This document shows, in pieces, positions 59,901-64,000 of a stretch of DNA of 64,000 nucleotides. Numbering within the stretch: position 1 is the stretch's first letter; every line of letters starts with the position of its first letter. Below the pieces are notes generated by a model that saw nothing but the letters and a program-made list of their open reading frames with translations, did no database searches and was not told the DNA's origin. The stretch is from the NCBI RefSeq assembly GCF_047718555.1, contig NZ_JBDNRK010000011.1, positions 26,209 to 90,208 of the forward strand, given 5' to 3'. The stretch comes from Clostridium sp. (GTDB lineage Bacteria; Bacillota; Clostridia; Clostridiales; Clostridiaceae). The position numbers and the translations under genes are program-made.

Positions 59901-60347
59901 CTATATTAGTATTTTCTCTTCTTCAGTTAGAATATTGGATAACCTTAAGAAGATAATTATCTTTTCATCTATTTTTATTAAGCCCTTAATATATCTTTTA
60001 GAAATTCCACCTACTACCTCTGGTGCTTCTTCCATATCCTTAATATTTATATCTTTTACTTCTGAGACTACATCTACAATAATTCCAAATTTACTTTCCT
60101 TTTGCTTTGAAACTATGATTTTAGAATTCTCATTTATACTGTTTTCTGCCATATTAAATCTTTTTGATAGAGAAATGACTGGAAGAATTTTACCTTCATA
60201 ATTTATTACACCATCTACAAATTCCGGTGAATCAGGTAACTTTGTAGTTTTTTCATATCCCAGTATTCTCTCTACTTCCATAATATCTGCTGCATAATAT
60301 TCACCATTTATATTAAAAATCAATATTTTCAGCTCTTTGCCATCCAT
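59901..60347 (-). CDS. cheW: Chemotaxis coupling protein CheW (second copy)
   Basis: TKLPDSPEFVDGVINYEG; FGIIVDVV. Confidence 0.9.
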   Translation of the reverse strand: MDGKELKILIFNINGEYYAADIMEVERILGYEKTTKLPDSPEFVDGVINYEGKILPVISLSKRFNMAENSINENSKIIVSKQKESKFGIIVDVVSEVKDINIKDMEEAPEVVGGISKRYIKGLIKIDEKIIIFLRLSNILTEEEKILI

Positions 60348-60510
60348 AATTATACCCTCCTATCAATATTACACTTTACTAAACTTAAATGGACTATCCA
60401 TTGACCTACTGCTGCCATACTTAACTTTGAACAGCTGCTAGCCATGAGATAATAGTAATTTATCAGCCAGAATCTCATGCGGCATCACTGGCATAAGCTT
60501 CAGCTAGTAA

Positions 60511-62067
60511 TCAGATAATAGTTTTATCAACTACAATTTCTCTATTACTGTTTAAATAAGCATGTATTTCTTTACCTGGTACTTCCAATATGTATTCTAT
60601 ATTATCTATGATAAATATTGTATTGGCATAGGCCTTTTTTACATATATATGACCATTTCTTTCAACAGAAATCCTTGTTGACACACCACTTGGGCTTCCA
60701 ACTACGCCGCATCTGACTTCACGTCCAGCTTTAATTAGTCCCCCTCTTGAAACACTGTCATCATCTTTAAATATTATATAATCCTTAGCTATAAGTGTTG
60801 ATACATATTCACCCTTACCATTAATTGTTATACTGCCAGAACTTTCAATTGTGGAGTCTTGACAATAAGAAATATCAATGTTTGCAGGTACTATAGCAAA
60901 CCTTTTAATACTCTCTATATTTCTATCTATTACAGAAATAATTTCAAATAATTCTTGAGAGCTTTTTATTCCCAGTGGAGCTAAATTAAATAGTTTTTCT
61001 CTAAATAATTTAGACATATATTCATCATTATTTATAAGTTCAGTGCATAGTTTCAATATACTCTTAAATCTGTTTTCCAGTAATAATTTTATCATTTGTC
61101 CATAAGAAATATCATTTTGCAATATATTTAATCTCTGCATTTGCCTAGCAGCATTAATTAGATTCAAAATATTGTTTTTTAAATTTGATAGTGTATTTGA
61201 ATCTCTAATTCTTGTTGTATCTTCTCCACCTGATATAATTGTAGAAAAAAGCACATTTCCTTTAACTATAACATTTCCTTTTGCAATAATTTTTGACTTC
61301 TCTATATCTTTTTTAATTTCCACAAAATCTCCAGATTCTACCACCATATCTTCTTTAACTGTTCCATCTATCAATATTGCACCATCAAACTTTATATTTC
61401 CAGTTTTAATATCTACATCTGAAGTTATTTCATGTAATTTATGTACACAGAATGTATCCCCTAGAAAGGTTGGCCTCCCCTCTATTAAAGCAAAGATCTT
61501 ATTTTCATCTTTAACGCTGCAACCTGCTCCTACCCTAAGATTAATTCTTTTACCAGGCTTATGTTCTACACTATTTCCATATACATCCTTACCATCACTT
61601 CCATCTATCCCCTTATGTCTTACCGCAATTACTGTGTCTTTTTGCACGTAATCAACAAAGCCTATACTTTTAAAATCTACCCTGCCACTGCTATCTTCTA
61701 TAAACTCCTTAGTACTGTCTGTTTTAAATCTGATTTCTAAAGAATCATCAATACCGTTTACTGGTTCTTTTCCCTTAGCAATCAATAAATTTTTTACTCC
61801 ATCTGTATTACTGCACTTTTTTAAAGCATCTTCTAAAATTCCGTAGATTATTCCATTATCTTTCAATTGTTTTCTAATTTCTTCCGGTGAATAAACTTGC
61901 AAATTTATGTGTTTTTTTTCAGTATGATTTGATATAGGCTTATCCTTATACAAATCATTATTAAGCTTGTGAATTTCAGGTATATAATTTATATTTATAT
62001 GTACTTCCATATTATTAGGACTAGTTAAAATTTCTAATTTTCTTATAGCATCATATGCTCCATCCAT
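60511..62067 (-). CDS. FapA/DUF342 family flagellar assembly protein (likely start MDGAY)
   Basis: IAKGKEPVNGID, VDFKS, DVDIKTGNIKFDG repeats. Confidence 0.85.
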   Translation of the reverse strand: MDGAYDAIRKLEILTSPNNMEVHININYIPEIHKLNNDLYKDKPISNHTEKKHINLQVYSPEEIRKQLKDNGIIYGILEDALKKCSNTDGVKNLLIAKGKEPVNGIDDSLEIRFKTDSTKEFIEDSSGRVDFKSIGFVDYVQKDTVIAVRHKGIDGSDGKDVYGNSVEHKPGKRINLRVGAGCSVKDENKIFALIEGRPTFLGDTFCVHKLHEITSDVDIKTGNIKFDGAILIDGTVKEDMVVESGDFVEIKKDIEKSKIIAKGNVIVKGNVLFSTIISGGEDTTRIRDSNTLSNLKNNILNLINAARQMQRLNILQNDISYGQMIKLLLENRFKSILKLCTELINNDEYMSKLFREKLFNLAPLGIKSSQELFEIISVIDRNIESIKRFAIVPANIDISYCQDSTIESSGSITINGKGEYVSTLIAKDYIIFKDDDSVSRGGLIKAGREVRCGVVGSPSGVSTRISVERNGHIYVKKAYANTIFIIDNIEYILEVPGKEIHAYLNSNREIVVDKTII

Positions 62068-62153
62068 TACATGCACTCCAATTAAATACAGCATAGAAAA
62101 ATAAATAATAGTTTTTTATTTCTCTGAAGCTGCTCAAATTACACTTTATTTAT

Positions 62154-62181
62154 TATATCGTAAAAGTCTAAATAAACTTTA
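62154..62181 (-). promoter_or_regulatory. Sigma-28 promoter of the fapA-che operon
   Basis: TAAA-N16-ACGATATA. Confidence 0.7.
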
Positions 62182-62251
62182 TAATCAATTTTTTTAGATT
62201 AAATGAGTTTTTTATCTAAATTGTGACATAATCTCAATTCCCATAATATTC

Positions 62252-63088
62252 TCAGTTTTCTACATCAGAAAGTCTTCTTAAATGCAGCGCTAAATAACCA
62301 ATTTCATCTTCAGGTACTTTCACAGAAAATAAAGCATCTATCCTTAAAGCCAGTTTTATAGCAATATCATACTCCTTAGAAAGCTTATCCTTTATATTAT
62401 CTAATAATAAATTCTTTATGGTTTTACCCTTTAGTATCCTCTCCAGCATAAAATTTATATGAGTTAGGGTTCTAGCATATTCTAAAGAATTTTTATCTAT
62501 AGATACTCCTATTAATTTTTCAATAATATCCATGATCTCTTTAATCTTTTTTGTATGTTCCAGATGAACGCCTATTCCCTTCTCTGTAATTGCGGCTTGA
62601 ATATGAAGACATATAAACCCAATTTCATCTTCTGAAAGCTTAGAATTAAATCTCTCATTAATCATTTTTAAGGCTTTAGTGGCAATAGAATATTCCACTG
62701 GATACAAAACCTTTAATTCATTTAAAAAGGGATTTTCTATTTTTATATTTTTTTCCATACGCCTTAAAGAAAAATTTATATGATCTGGCAAGGAAACATG
62801 TAAGGAACTACTTAGCTTCAATGACAAATCCTTTTCCGCCATGCATATTATTTCCTCTGAAAGACCTATAATTTTATTATCAATGGTTTCCAAAACCTTA
62901 TCATAATTATTAGCTACCTCTGCAGTCTCTCCTATGAATACCTTTTCAATCCTACTACTTGGTACTGCACTTCCCTTATGAAAATCAAATCCAATTCCAT
63001 TTCCAATAAGTATAAAATCAATGTTGTCTTTTTGGGCTATGACAACATTGTTATTTAATACTTTTTTTATTATTGCATCCTCAACCAT
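62252..63088 (-). CDS. BglG/GlcT-family transcriptional antiterminator (CAT plus two PRD domains)
   Basis: IKKVLNNNVV, G.GIGF, LPDHINF, EDEIGFICLH, EDEIGYLALH. Confidence 0.9.
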   Translation of the reverse strand: MVEDAIIKKVLNNNVVIAQKDNIDFILIGNGIGFDFHKGSAVPSSRIEKVFIGETAEVANNYDKVLETIDNKIIGLSEEIICMAEKDLSLKLSSSLHVSLPDHINFSLRRMEKNIKIENPFLNELKVLYPVEYSIATKALKMINERFNSKLSEDEIGFICLHIQAAITEKGIGVHLEHTKKIKEIMDIIEKLIGVSIDKNSLEYARTLTHINFMLERILKGKTIKNLLLDNIKDKLSKEYDIAIKLALRIDALFSVKVPEDEIGYLALHLRRLSDVEN

Positions 63089-63315
63089 TGTATCCTCCGC
63101 ATAATTTCAAAATATATTGCACAAAATTATTAATGTTATTATAACATATTGTTTACATATTTGGTTAAAAGCTTTAACTGGTTAATGTACAAAAATCTTC
63201 ACTCTAATTTATATGTTATTAATTGATAATAATTATCTATTCATATATAATATGTTTATAGTAGTTTTTACTTTAAGTATGGAATAATTTTTTTACCTTT
63301 AAGGAGGTTTTTATT

Positions 63316-64000
63316 ATGAAAACAACAACTAAGATATCAATAATAGGTGCAGGCTTTGTTGGATCAACTACTGCCTTTGCCCTTATAGATGAAGGTCTTG
63401 CTTCAGAAATTGTAATAGTAGACATTAATAAGGATAAGGCTGAAGGTGAAGCAATGGATTTATCCCATGGTGTATCTTTTGTTAAGCCAGCAATTATTAA
63501 AGCTGGAGACTATGCGGACACCAATAATTCAGATATTGTTATAATAACAGCTGGTGCTCCACAAAAGCCTGGAGAAACCAGACTTGACCTTATAAATAAA
63601 AATTATAAAATAATGAATTCCATAGTTCCTGAAGTTGTAAAGTATAGTCCAAATTCAATATTATTGGTAGTTTCTAATCCAGTAGATATATTGTCTTATA
63701 TAACTTATAAAATTTCAGGATTTCCAAAAGAAAGAGTTATTGGCTCTGGTACGGTTCTGGATACTTCAAGATTTAAATATATGCTAGGTGATCACTTTAA
63801 TATAGATACAAGAAATATCCACACTTATATAATGGGTGAACATGGTGATTCAGAAATAGCTACCTGGAGCATAACTAATATAGCAGGCCTGGACATCGCT
63901 GAATATTGCAGCAGATATTGCAACAAGTGTGATGGGAATATACGATATAAAATTCATGAAAATGTAAAAAATGCAGCCTATGAAATCATTAATAAAAAAG
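63316..64000 (+). CDS. ldh: L-lactate dehydrogenase (runs off the right edge)
   Basis: [54 protein letters not shown]; AAGGAGG RBS. Confidence 0.93.
   Translation, partial: MKTTTKISIIGAGFVGSTTAFALIDEGLASEIVIVDINKDKAEGEAMDLSHGVSFVKPAIIKAGDYADTNNSDIVIITAGAPQKPGETRLDLINKNYKIMNSIVPEVVKYSPNSILLVVSNPVDILSYITYKISGFPKERVIGSGTVLDTSRFKYMLGDHFNIDTRNIHTYIMGEHGDSEIATWSITNIAGLDIAEYCSRYCNKCDGNIRYKIHENVKNAAYEIINKK

Noticed and set aside
2546-61651. Numerous short plus-strand ORFs opposite flagellar and chemotaxis genes
   Set aside because: Antisense shadow ORFs with no RBS or recognisable motifs; those in fliK merely mirror the 462-bp repeat.
63100-63300. Rex operator upstream of ldh
   Set aside because: The best candidate (GTTAAA-AGC-TTTAAC) has the wrong spacing for TTGTTAANNNNTTAACAA.

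Overview
Low-GC Clostridium-like chromosomal segment holding a nearly complete flagellar and chemotaxis supercluster, almost all on the minus strand (PRD antiterminator, fapA, cheW-D-B-R-A-C-Y-W, fliM-fliY, flgM-N-K-L, fliW-csrA-flaG, fliS-fliD, fliC, then flgB through fliA and two flgG-like genes). It is flanked by partial ppaC (left) and ldh (right). Between two flagellin genes (about 26.9-41.7 kb) lies an accessory island. Its centre is a set of nested mobile elements that can be removed base-exactly on paper. A group II intron (about 30912-39711) carries a three-recombinase RIT element inserted in its RT PQGG|xxSP motif and an IS256 inserted in domain VI (8-bp TSD). The IS256 in turn carries an IS3 (3-bp TSD). 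With these removed, a backbone of about 5.4 kb remains, punctuated by five same-orientation copies of a palindromic GTAAC-N-GTTAC-type site whose left and right flanks occur in all four combinations, as expected from site-specific exchange of cassettes. The backbone also holds an intact REP-associated-type HUH (Y1) transposase, an integrase stub cut at one site, a small flagellin-D1-like ORF and an ATPase/nuclease gene switched off by a 16-bp duplication. This putative cassette system is the most interesting candidate, but its mechanism is inferred. FliK (462-bp tandem repeats) and FlgE (four repeated domains) are both unusually expanded. No CRISPR array, rRNA or tRNA was seen. All family names come from recognising motifs by eye, not from database searches.
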